Source: Acidimicrobiia bacterium (GTDB taxonomy: Bacteria; Actinomycetota; Acidimicrobiia; Spongiisociales; ZC4RG35). From it: 39,904 nucleotides of DNA. A program made the position numbers and the translations under genes. Under the pieces are notes generated by a model. The model made no database searches, was not told the origin of the DNA, and saw only the letters and a program-made list of their open reading frames with translations. The stretch spans positions 1-39,904 of the forward strand of contig JASFVB010000003.1 of the NCBI GenBank assembly GCA_050050035.1. Reading direction: 5' to 3'. This document shows positions 29,052 through 37,280 of the stretch, piece by piece. The first letter of the stretch is position 1, and each line of letters opens with the position of its first letter.

Positions 29052-29636
29052 TCAGCTGAGGTTGAAGGCAGGCTGCTCCGGCTCGGCGGGGTGGTAGCAC
29101 ATGCGGCATCGTGCCTCGTAGGCGCCCTGGGCGCCCAGCACCACGAGATCCTCGGATCGCACGATTCGCTGCGTGTAGAGAGCCGGCCCCCCGCAACGAT
29201 GACACACCGCCAGCATCTTCGTCACGTACTCGGCACGGTCACACAACGAAGGGATCGGCTCGAACGGGCGTCGCAGGAAGTCCGTGTCGAGACCCGCGAC
29301 GATCACCTGCTTGCCGGTGGCGGCCAGGTTGTCCACGACGTCGACCAGACCGTCATCGAAGAACTGGCCCTCGTCGATGCCGATGACACGCGTCTGGTCG
29401 GATACTGCGCGCAGCATGTCGGTCGACGAGCCCACCGGCTGGGCGTCCACCTTCCAGTCGGAGTGTGACACGACCTCCCTGTCGGCGTAGCGATCGTCGA
29501 GCTCCGGCTTGAACACCTGCACCGGGATGCGTGCGATCTGGGAGCGGGTGACACGACGAATCAGTTCCTCGCTCTTGCCGCTGAACATGGGGCCACAGAT
29601 GACCTCGACCCATCCGTCCTGACTTCGCCGATACAT
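29052..29636 (-). CDS. tdk: Thymidine kinase
   Basis: CGPMFSGKSEELIRR, IDEGQF, AGLDTDF, C-x2-C and YEARCRMC zinc motif. Confidence 0.96.
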   Translation of the reverse strand: MYRRSQDGWVEVICGPMFSGKSEELIRRVTRSQIARIPVQVFKPELDDRYADREVVSHSDWKVDAQPVGSSTDMLRAVSDQTRVIGIDEGQFFDDGLVDVVDNLAATGKQVIVAGLDTDFLRRPFEPIPSLCDRAEYVTKMLAVCHRCGGPALYTQRIVRSEDLVVLGAQGAYEARCRMCYHPAEPEQPAFNLS

Positions 29637-29662
29637 CCCGGGCGAGAGTACATGGGTACGAA

Positions 29663-29779
29663 GTATCGGTCGCTTCGCCCCCTGGAGTATCGGGTACGCG
29701 GATTCTGTCCCCAGGGCGGCGCCAGCCGCCCGATACCCAATACTCAGTACTCCAGGGCGGCGCCAGCCGTCCGATACCC
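29663..29779. repeat. Cluster of three REP-like hairpin units (two direct, one inverted)
   Basis: CCAGGGCGGCGCCAGCCG(C/T)CCGATACCC at 29711-29738 and 29752-29779; related inverted copy at 29663-29689. Confidence 0.75.
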
Positions 29780-29789
29780 CGGAGCCGTG

Positions 29790-30962
29790 CTAGGTCAACT
29801 GGTTCTCACCCGGCACGGGTGTGCGCATGAGCCAAATCGAGTTGGCCACGCCCAGCGACAATGCCATGGCCATGTAGAACGACCCACCCTGGCTGAGGAA
29901 TGGGAGCGGCAAACCGGTCACGGGCATGATCCCGATGGTCATGCCGATGTTGACGAAGACGTGGAACACGATCATCGCCGCGATCCCGGCAGCGATCAGC
30001 GCCCCAAACCGATCTCTGGCATTGGCGGCAATGACCAGGAGACGCCAGACGATGACCGCGAAGGCGACAATGACGACCAGCCCACCGACGAGCCCGAGTT
30101 GCTCGGCGACGGCGGTGAATATGAAGTCGGTCTCCTGCTCCGGCACGTACTGAAAGCTCGTGAGAGAGTCCTCGGCGAGGAATCCTTTGCCGAACAACTG
30201 ACCGGAGCCGATGGCGTTCTTCGACTGTGTGATCTGATAGGCGATCCCTTGCGGATCGGCCTTGTCAGGGTCGAAGAGAACGTTGAGACGGTCGAGCTGG
30301 TATTCACTCAGCAACCTGTCCTTGTACTGCCACACGAGGAGCAGCCCACCACCGATGAATGTGGACAGTGCAGCCATCTGACGCCAGCCGGCACCACCGG
30401 CGAACAGCATCGTGACGAGGACGAATCCGAAGACGAGTGCGGTGCCGAGATCGGGCTCCCGGAGGATCAGATAGCCAGGTATGGCCACGATCAGAACCGC
30501 CTGAGCCATCTTCGTCCAGCTCAGAGTACGTGGCACCGTCAACTCGTCTCGAGACACCGGCGGTGCGAGAAACGAGGCGAGGACGACGATGACCACGACC
30601 TTGGCGAACTCGGCGGGCTGGAGGCTGAAGAACCCGAGCGGAATCCATCGATTCACGTTGTTCTCCGGAGGGAAGAGAAACACCGCGACCAGCAAGATGA
30701 GGACGATCAGCGAGGCCGCCGGGATGATGCCCCGATACTCCCGGTAGTCGATGTTGGACACGACCAGATAGATGATCAGACCGGCAGCGACGAACATCAT
30801 CTGGCGTTCCATCGAGAAGGTCCCGCTGTCCCGTGTCGCCGAGTAGATCATCAGCAGGCCGACTGCGGAGAGAGCCAACATGGTCCCGAACAGGATCCAA
30901 TCACTCCGGTTGTTGCGGCGAATGACACCGACTTCGCGGATGCGGGTGAGAACAGCCGTCAT
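29790..30962 (-). CDS. rodA: Rod shape-determining protein RodA (SEDS)
   Basis: LQPAEFAK, EPDLGT, AIGSG, VPEQETDFIF, GIMPVTGLPLPFLSQGGS. Confidence 0.96.
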   Translation of the reverse strand: MTAVLTRIREVGVIRRNNRSDWILFGTMLALSAVGLLMIYSATRDSGTFSMERQMMFVAAGLIIYLVVSNIDYREYRGIIPAASLIVLILLVAVFLFPPENNVNRWIPLGFFSLQPAEFAKVVVIVVLASFLAPPVSRDELTVPRTLSWTKMAQAVLIVAIPGYLILREPDLGTALVFGFVLVTMLFAGGAGWRQMAALSTFIGGGLLLVWQYKDRLLSEYQLDRLNVLFDPDKADPQGIAYQITQSKNAIGSGQLFGKGFLAEDSLTSFQYVPEQETDFIFTAVAEQLGLVGGLVVIVAFAVIVWRLLVIAANARDRFGALIAAGIAAMIVFHVFVNIGMTIGIMPVTGLPLPFLSQGGSFYMAMALSLGVANSIWLMRTPVPGENQLT

Positions 30963-32923
30963 CAGTCAGCCCTCTCGCCGGCGATTATCGGCGTCGGCTC
31001 GTTGCCCATCAGGTACTGGAGGATGTGACGGGCCACCGGTGCGGCGATTCCGCCGCCAGAGCCCCCCTCCTCGATGATCACTGCAACGACGAATTGCGGG
31101 TTGTCGACGGGCGCCACCCCCATGAACCAGGCGTGGTTGTCCTTGGTTGCCGAGGACTGACCTGTGCCGGTCTTGCCACCCACCAGCTCGAGCCCTGGAC
31201 CGAAGTCGCTGAACGCCGATCGCGCCGTTCCCGACGTGACCACCCGGTTGAGATCGGTGAGAAGATCCCTTCGAGTCGATTCGGAGATGTCCACCGTCCC
31301 GACCACCGGGGACTCGATGTCCTCGATGAGCTCACCGTCCGCTCCCACGATCCTGTCCACGACGCGCGGCTCCATCACCGTCCCACCGTTGGCGAGAACG
31401 GCGTAGGAGACTGCGGCCTGGAGCGGTGTCGCGGTGAACGCACCCTGCCCGATGGCGAAGTCCATGAGGTCACCACCGAAGAACGGGCTGACATACTCAG
31501 GGTTCAGACGCTCGGCGTCGAGCCGCGGCGGCTCGTCGGGGTGCTCCCGCTGATACTCGGCCCACTCCTCGAACAGCTCACGGGTGGGCACGATGCCCGC
31601 CGCCTCGCTGGCGAGGTCGATCCCGGTCTCGGAGCCGTAACCGAGGCTTTTCGCCCAGTCCTGGATGACGTTCTCGCCGACCTGGTCACGGTTGAGCCAG
31701 GCACCCAACCCGACTGACCAAAAAAACTTGTTGCACGAGTTCTGCAGCGCCCCGTGCAGATCCAGCCAGCCGAGATCCCGGGGGTAGTACCAGTCGAACT
31801 TTCGCTGAGCCGAGCCGTCCGAGAGGGCGAAGACCAGCTCGCCGTCGCAATCCACTTCACTGCCGTTGCGGACGAACTCTGCGTCGGGCAACGGCAGGTT
31901 TTCCTCGACGAATGCGGTGTAGGTGATTGCCTTGAACGTCGACGCCGGCGGGTAGAGACCGCTCACGGCCAGGTTGTTGAACGCAAACGACTCGTTCAGG
32001 TCGGAGAAGGTCCCGGAGTCGATGCCGGCCACGAACAACTGTGGGTCAAAATCGGGTACCGACGCGAGGGCCAGGACCTCGAAGGTCCTCGGGTCGAGGA
32101 CCACCGCAGCAGCCCGGGTGGTCTCGCTGAATACATCCTCACCGTTGGCTCGATCCACATCTTTCACCGAGTTGGAGAGAGCAATGCCCTCCTCCAAAGC
32201 CAACTCGACCACCGTTTGCAGCTCGGAGTCGATGGTGAGGACCAGAGACGCCCCAGGGATGGGCTCCACGGCCGGTCTCTGCTCGATGATCTCCCCCTGT
32301 CGCACCCGGTATTCGACCGAACCGGACGTGCCGCGGAGATGGTCGTCGTAGAACCTCTCCACGCCGAGCTTCCCTATGCGGACGCTGGGGTCGAGCTCGG
32401 GGCGCTCATCGAGATCTGCTTGATCGGGTAGACCGAGGTGACCGACGACGTGCGCCAGCGTGTTGCCGGACAGGTAGACGCGCTCGGGCACATCCACGAT
32501 CTCAACACCAGGCATCGTTCCGAGCTGCTCCTTGAGCTGATTCGCCAGGGTCGTGTTGACCGTCGCCACCTCGAAACGTCCGTTTATGCCCGCCTCGTCG
32601 TACATGCGCTCCAGCTCGTTCGGGTCGATCGCCAGGATCGCCGAGAGCCGGCGGAGCAGGTCGTCTCGTTCCTCAGGCTGGACGAACGTCCGGTCCACGT
32701 ACACGGCCGGAACCAGCCGACTGGTGACCAGTTGGTTCCCGTTGCGGTCGTATATGTCGCCACGTGACGCCGGGGCCGTCTTGGCCAGCCACGTCTGTTC
32801 CTCCGCTGCCTGGGCTATCGCCGGGCCCTCTGCGACCTGGACGAACCAGAGACGCAGGCCTATCACCGCGAACATCATCACGAAGACCGTGGCCATGACT
32901 GAGAGTCGAACTGCGAACTTCAT
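30962..32923 (-). CDS. mrdA: Penicillin-binding protein 2 (class B)
   Basis: RGDIYDRNG, GKLGVE, STFK (SxxK), SCN (SxN), KTGTG; ATG at 32923 overlaps the mreD stop. Confidence 0.93.
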   Translation of the reverse strand: MKFAVRLSVMATVFVMMFAVIGLRLWFVQVAEGPAIAQAAEEQTWLAKTAPASRGDIYDRNGNQLVTSRLVPAVYVDRTFVQPEERDDLLRRLSAILAIDPNELERMYDEAGINGRFEVATVNTTLANQLKEQLGTMPGVEIVDVPERVYLSGNTLAHVVGHLGLPDQADLDERPELDPSVRIGKLGVERFYDDHLRGTSGSVEYRVRQGEIIEQRPAVEPIPGASLVLTIDSELQTVVELALEEGIALSNSVKDVDRANGEDVFSETTRAAAVVLDPRTFEVLALASVPDFDPQLFVAGIDSGTFSDLNESFAFNNLAVSGLYPPASTFKAITYTAFVEENLPLPDAEFVRNGSEVDCDGELVFALSDGSAQRKFDWYYPRDLGWLDLHGALQNSCNKFFWSVGLGAWLNRDQVGENVIQDWAKSLGYGSETGIDLASEAAGIVPTRELFEEWAEYQREHPDEPPRLDAERLNPEYVSPFFGGDLMDFAIGQGAFTATPLQAAVSYAVLANGGTVMEPRVVDRIVGADGELIEDIESPVVGTVDISESTRRDLLTDLNRVVTSGTARSAFSDFGPGLELVGGKTGTGQSSATKDNHAWFMGVAPVDNPQFVVAVIIEEGGSGGGIAAPVARHILQYLMGNEPTPIIAGERAD

Positions 32924-33423
32924 GCGTACCTGAAAGCTGTCGTGTCTCGATCGATGAGCCTCACGATCATCGGAGCGAACAGCCAGGCCAGGATGGCGTT
33001 GGAGATCGGGACCGCGAGCAGAAGACCCAACACCCCGTTCCCGAGCAAGATTCTCTGGCCGAAGAGTGTCCCAACCAGATAGAGCAGGACCGCACCGGCG
33101 AAGGTGAGCGCACCTGCCCAGAGCCCGGTGATGAAACGCCCGATGTCGGCTCTCTCCCTGGTTCGCAGCGCAAGATAGGCAACGACCGTGAACACCATCG
33201 CCCGCAAACCAAGCAGCGCAGACCCGAGGAGGTCGACCACGAGCCCTGCGAGAAACGCAGTCCCGAGAACCAACTCCGGACGCACCCGTGTCAGCGCCAG
33301 GAGAATGACCGCCAACATCACCAGGTCGGGCACGAACAACTCGGTCTGGCTGAACAACGTGGTCTGAAGGACGACGCTGACCAGCAGCAACCCGGCAATG
33401 ACCAGCACCGGTCGGAGACGCAT
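32920..33423 (-). CDS. mreD: Rod shape-determining protein MreD
   Basis: Hydrophobic 167 aa, PDLV, GLVVDLL, between mreC and PBP2. Confidence 0.9.
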   Translation of the reverse strand: MRLRPVLVIAGLLLVSVVLQTTLFSQTELFVPDLVMLAVILLALTRVRPELVLGTAFLAGLVVDLLGSALLGLRAMVFTVVAYLALRTRERADIGRFITGLWAGALTFAGAVLLYLVGTLFGQRILLGNGVLGLLLAVPISNAILAWLFAPMIVRLIDRDTTAFRYA

Positions 33424-34331
33424 CAGCCGTCACCCGCGGTCGTGGTCGTCGTCGACCCGGGTGTCGTGGTCGTGGTTGTCGTCGTGGTGACGGTGATGGC
33501 TGCTATCGGGTCAGGGGGCCAGGCGAGGACGACGACAACTCTCAGAGTGTCCGGATCGGCGAACGGTCGGACGGTCGTCGTCAACGCGTCGTCGACCGAA
33601 GGTGCCGCGTCAGCGGTCACCTCACCCACCGGGTACCCGGCCGGGAATCGAACCGATGTCGACGAGGTGACCACCTTGTCGCCGGCGAGGACCGGAGCTC
33701 GTGCCGGGTTGATGTCGAGCCGCATCTCGTCGGTCGCCACCTGGGGTGTGACAGCCCCTATCTGCTCCCCCACCAGTACTGTGACGGCGTTGGATCCTGC
33801 CGTGATCGGGACGACGATCGCCGTCCCCTCGGTCACCTGTTGAATCGAGCCGACAACGAATCCACTGGTGTCGATCACCGGCTGGCCGACAGCGATGCCC
33901 GACGACGTCCCCTTGTCGATGTAGAGCGCGTTGTCGAACGCGTTGGGCTGGCCGATGACGTTGGCCGGCGTCGTGCCGACTCCGATGCCAGTCGACTCGA
34001 GATCGAGAAGCTCCTCGTAGAGCGCCAAGCGTGCCCGGTCGTCCTCGAAGGCGATCAAGGCCGCCTCCGCTTCGGCCAGCTGACGCTGGAGCTCGAGATT
34101 GGTCTCGCGAAGGGTCGCCACGCTGGACAGTGAGTCGATGAGATCGACCACAGGGTTGACGACGAACGCGGTCGCCTTCTGGAGTGGTGCCACGATCGTC
34201 TGCGTACCGGAACGAAGCACACCCGTGACACCACCACCTTCGGATCGCACGTCGAATGTCATGAGCAGCAACCCGATGACCAGGAGAGTCACCAGAGTGG
34301 GGAGTGTTCGGTCTCGAGGTTGGTTCAGCAT
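33423..34331 (-). CDS. mreC: Rod shape-determining protein MreC
   Basis: N-terminal TM, coiled coil, IDKGTSSGI, GDKVVTS...FPAGYPVG; Thr-rich tail; ATG at 34331. Confidence 0.92.
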   Translation of the reverse strand: MLNQPRDRTLPTLVTLLVIGLLLMTFDVRSEGGGVTGVLRSGTQTIVAPLQKATAFVVNPVVDLIDSLSSVATLRETNLELQRQLAEAEAALIAFEDDRARLALYEELLDLESTGIGVGTTPANVIGQPNAFDNALYIDKGTSSGIAVGQPVIDTSGFVVGSIQQVTEGTAIVVPITAGSNAVTVLVGEQIGAVTPQVATDEMRLDINPARAPVLAGDKVVTSSTSVRFPAGYPVGEVTADAAPSVDDALTTTVRPFADPDTLRVVVVLAWPPDPIAAITVTTTTTTTTTPGSTTTTTAGDG

Positions 34332-34353
34332 CGGAGCGAGCTGGAGCGGGATA

Positions 34354-35385
34354 TCACGGCCTGGCCGATGACACCAGCACGTTGTGGAGGATGTCGAAAT
34401 CCTCCAGACACTTGCCCGATCCGAGCACCACCGATTGGAGCGGCTGTGCAGCCGTGACGATGGGCATTCCCGTCTCGTGGGCAAGACGATGATCCAGACC
34501 TACCAGCAAGGCTCCCCCGCCAGTGAGAACGATCCCACGCTCGACTACGTCGGCCGCAAGCTCGGGAGGGGTCTTGTCCAGCGTGAACTTGACCGCATCG
34601 ACGATGGCCTGGGTCGGCTCCTCGATCGCCTCCCTCACCTCTTGGCTGGACAAGAGGATCGTCTTGGGCAGACCGGTGACCAGGTCGCGGCCCCTCACCT
34701 CTGCCGAGGGCTCTTCGGAGTATGGCCATGCCGAGCCCACGGCGATCTTGAGCTGCTCTGCGGTGCGCTCGCCCACGAGCACGTTGTGTTCCTTCTTGAC
34801 CCAATCGATGATCGCCGAGTCGAGCTCGTCTCCACCCACGCGAATCGAGCGTGAGACGACGATTCCGCCCAGGGAGATGACGGCCACCTCGGTTGTGCCG
34901 CCCCCGATGTCGACCACCATCGAGCCGGAGGGCTCGGCAATGGGCAGACCGGAGCCGATTGCGGCGGCCATCGGCTCTTCGATGGTGTACGCCCGCCGTG
35001 CCCCGGCGTGGTAGGCCGCCTCCTCGACGGCCCGGCGCTCGACCGGGGTGATTCCTGACGGCACACACACGACGATGCGTGGCCGCGCCCATTTGCGCTT
35101 GTGCACCTTCTGGATGAAATACCGGAGCATCTTCTCGGTGATGTCGAAGTCGGCGATGACACCGTCACGCAGCGGCCGGATGGCGGTGATGTTGGCCGGT
35201 GTGCGCCCGATCATGCGCTTTGCCTCCATACCCACTGCCAGCGCACGGTTGTTTTGCGAGTTGATTGCCACCACCGACGGCTCGTTGAGCACGATGCCAC
35301 CCCCACGCACGTAAACGAGCGTGTTCGCAGTGCCGAGGTCGATGGCCATGTCCTGGCCGGCAAATGAAAGAAGGGTTTCAGCCAT
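34354..35385 (-). CDS. mreB: Rod shape-determining protein MreB
   Basis: AIDLGTANTL, RPLRDGVIAD, EEPMAAAIG, DIGGGTTE, LTGGGALL. Confidence 0.97.
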   Translation of the reverse strand: MAETLLSFAGQDMAIDLGTANTLVYVRGGGIVLNEPSVVAINSQNNRALAVGMEAKRMIGRTPANITAIRPLRDGVIADFDITEKMLRYFIQKVHKRKWARPRIVVCVPSGITPVERRAVEEAAYHAGARRAYTIEEPMAAAIGSGLPIAEPSGSMVVDIGGGTTEVAVISLGGIVVSRSIRVGGDELDSAIIDWVKKEHNVLVGERTAEQLKIAVGSAWPYSEEPSAEVRGRDLVTGLPKTILLSSQEVREAIEEPTQAIVDAVKFTLDKTPPELAADVVERGIVLTGGGALLVGLDHRLAHETGMPIVTAAQPLQSVVLGSGKCLEDFDILHNVLVSSARP

Positions 35386-35482
35386 TGCTGGGAGCACTCC
35401 CGCGCGGACCCCCGGAAGTGTAGGTGCCTACCCCACCTTCTGCCATAGGCGCCGGGTGGTGGCTCCTCCGGCCCGGGTGTGG

Positions 35483-35890
35483 TCAGTCGCCGAAGAAGAT
35501 GGACAGCTCACGTGAAGCGCTCTCGGGCCCGTCGGAGCCGTGAACTATGTTCTCGGTGACGGCGAGCCCGAAATCACCACGGATCGTGCCCGGTGATGCC
35601 TGTTTGGGGTCGGTCGCACCCATGAGGTCCCGGCACACGCCGATGGCCTCTTCGCCGGACCACTCCATCGCCACGACAGGACCAGAGGTGATGAACTCGA
35701 GCAGATCACCGAAGAACGGCTTCTCGACGTGCTCTGCGTAGTGTGTGCGCGCCAGGTCCTCGTCGATGCTGAGCCCCCGAATCCGCTCCAAGGTCAGGCC
35801 CTTGCGCTCGAATCGGGTGATGACGTCACCGACCAGCCCCCGGGCCACACCGTCCGGCTTGACCATTATGAATGTGTGTTCCACTGCCAT
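35483..35890 (-). CDS. ndk: Nucleoside-diphosphate kinase
   Basis: [30 protein letters not shown]. Confidence 0.97.
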   Translation of the reverse strand: MAVEHTFIMVKPDGVARGLVGDVITRFERKGLTLERIRGLSIDEDLARTHYAEHVEKPFFGDLLEFITSGPVVAMEWSGEEAIGVCRDLMGATDPKQASPGTIRGDFGLAVTENIVHGSDGPESASRELSIFFGD

Positions 35891-35931
35891 GCGGCGTCAC
35901 ACGGTATCGGTTGAGTGACGACAGGGCGAAG

Positions 35932-37218
35932 TCAACCGAGGAGCGTTCGCACCTCTCCAACCAGGTACAACGAGCCGGTCACGAGCACCGCTCCTTCCGG
36001 CCCGGCCTCGGCGCGAGCCATGTCGAGGCCGGTTTCCACCGACTCCGCAGCGAGAACCGGGACGTCGGACAGTGTTTCGGCAGCCCGGTCGGCCAACTCC
36101 ACGGGCGACGTGGACCGCTCGGACGAGACAGCCGTGGTGATCAAGCCGCTGGTCACCGGTGCCAGACGCTCGACTATCAGATCCACGTTCTTGTCGCCCA
36201 TCAACCCGAGGAGAACGTGCCATTTCGTGGTCGGGTATTCCTCCTGGAGAGACTCGACGAGAGTGGCCATCCCGTCGGCATTGTGCGCTCCGTCGACCAT
36301 CACGAATGGGGAAGAGGCCAGCGGCTCCATACGTCCGGGGGCTGTCGCGACCTCGGCCGCATCCTTGACTGCATCGGTGTCGAGCTTCCGACCGATCAAG
36401 GCCTCGGTTGCCGCGACGGCTATTGCCAGGTTGGTCAGCTGATAGTGACCGTGAAGAGGGAGGAACACGTCCTCGTATGTGGCTTCGGCTCCTGCGATCG
36501 TCGCCAACCATCCCCCGACACCTCGCTCGTACTCTTCCACTCCGTAGTCCGTGCCGTAGCGACGGTGCTGTATCCCGAGCTCGCGTCCCCGCGCCCCGGC
36601 AACCTCCGATGCATCCCCGGGGAGCGGCCCGGTGACGAGAATCGATCCTGGACCGGCGATGGCCAGTTTCTCCCCGGCGATTCCTGCCAGGTCCTCACCG
36701 AGGTGCTCGGTGTGATCCCGGCCAATCGAGGTGACGACACAAACATCGGCATCAACGACGTTTGTCGCGTCGAGACGCCCACCGAGGCCAACCTCGATGA
36801 CGGCTGCGTTGACCGCTTGATCGGCAAAGAACGCGAAACCCGCCGCGGTCGTCAGCTCGAAGTAGGTGTTTGGGTCGTCACCGGCGTCTTCGCGCAGATC
36901 GGCGAACGCGGCTACATCGGAGACTGCGAGGGCGAATTCCTCACTCGTCGACTCCCGCCCGTTGACCGCGAGCCTCTCTTCGATCCGCTGAAGGTGAGGT
37001 GACGTCAGAGTCCCGGTAGTCAGCCCGTGTGCAACCAGCAGCAATGTCGCCAATCTCGACGTTGACGTCTTGCCGTTCGTGCCGCCCACGTGGATGATCG
37101 GATAGCCATCCTCGGGCCGGCCCATGAGGTCGAGGAGGTCACGCATCCTGCCCAGACCCGGCCGCCCGCCGAGCCCGATGTGACGCTCGACGTATGCAAC
37201 GGCCTGGTCGTAGTTCAT
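35932..37218 (-). CDS. folC: Folylpolyglutamate synthase/dihydrofolate synthase
   Basis: HVGGTNGKTST, TSPHL, EVGLGGRLDATNV, PGRME, DGAHN, VTGSLYLVG. Confidence 0.96.
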   Translation of the reverse strand: MNYDQAVAYVERHIGLGGRPGLGRMRDLLDLMGRPEDGYPIIHVGGTNGKTSTSRLATLLLVAHGLTTGTLTSPHLQRIEERLAVNGRESTSEEFALAVSDVAAFADLREDAGDDPNTYFELTTAAGFAFFADQAVNAAVIEVGLGGRLDATNVVDADVCVVTSIGRDHTEHLGEDLAGIAGEKLAIAGPGSILVTGPLPGDASEVAGARGRELGIQHRRYGTDYGVEEYERGVGGWLATIAGAEATYEDVFLPLHGHYQLTNLAIAVAATEALIGRKLDTDAVKDAAEVATAPGRMEPLASSPFVMVDGAHNADGMATLVESLQEEYPTTKWHVLLGLMGDKNVDLIVERLAPVTSGLITTAVSSERSTSPVELADRAAETLSDVPVLAAESVETGLDMARAEAGPEGAVLVTGSLYLVGEVRTLLG

Positions 37219-37221
37219 GAG

Positions 37222-37253
37222 CAGAGCCCCGGGAGGTTAGCCCCGGGGCTCTG
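37222..37253 (-). terminator. Hairpin after the surface protein gene
   Basis: CAGAGCCCCGGG-N8-CCCGGGGCTCTG, 12-bp perfect stem. Confidence 0.65.
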
Positions 37254-37280
37254 TATGCCCACTCTGTGGTTAGTGGAGAT

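Noticed and set aside
29663-29779. CRISPR array
   Set aside because: Only two direct copies with a 13-bp gap plus one inverted copy, and no cas genes
23675-31028. Long antisense or alternate-frame ORFs (e.g. 23675-25258, 29652-31028)
   Set aside because: Shadow ORFs typical of high-GC DNA, lying opposite well-supported genes and without recognisable motifs
32924-33433. Long N-terminal extension of PBP2 (823 aa call), and similar extensions on the WYL, nadD and mreC calls
   Set aside because: The extensions overlap neighbouring real genes; downstream starts fit family N-termini and stop-start coupling
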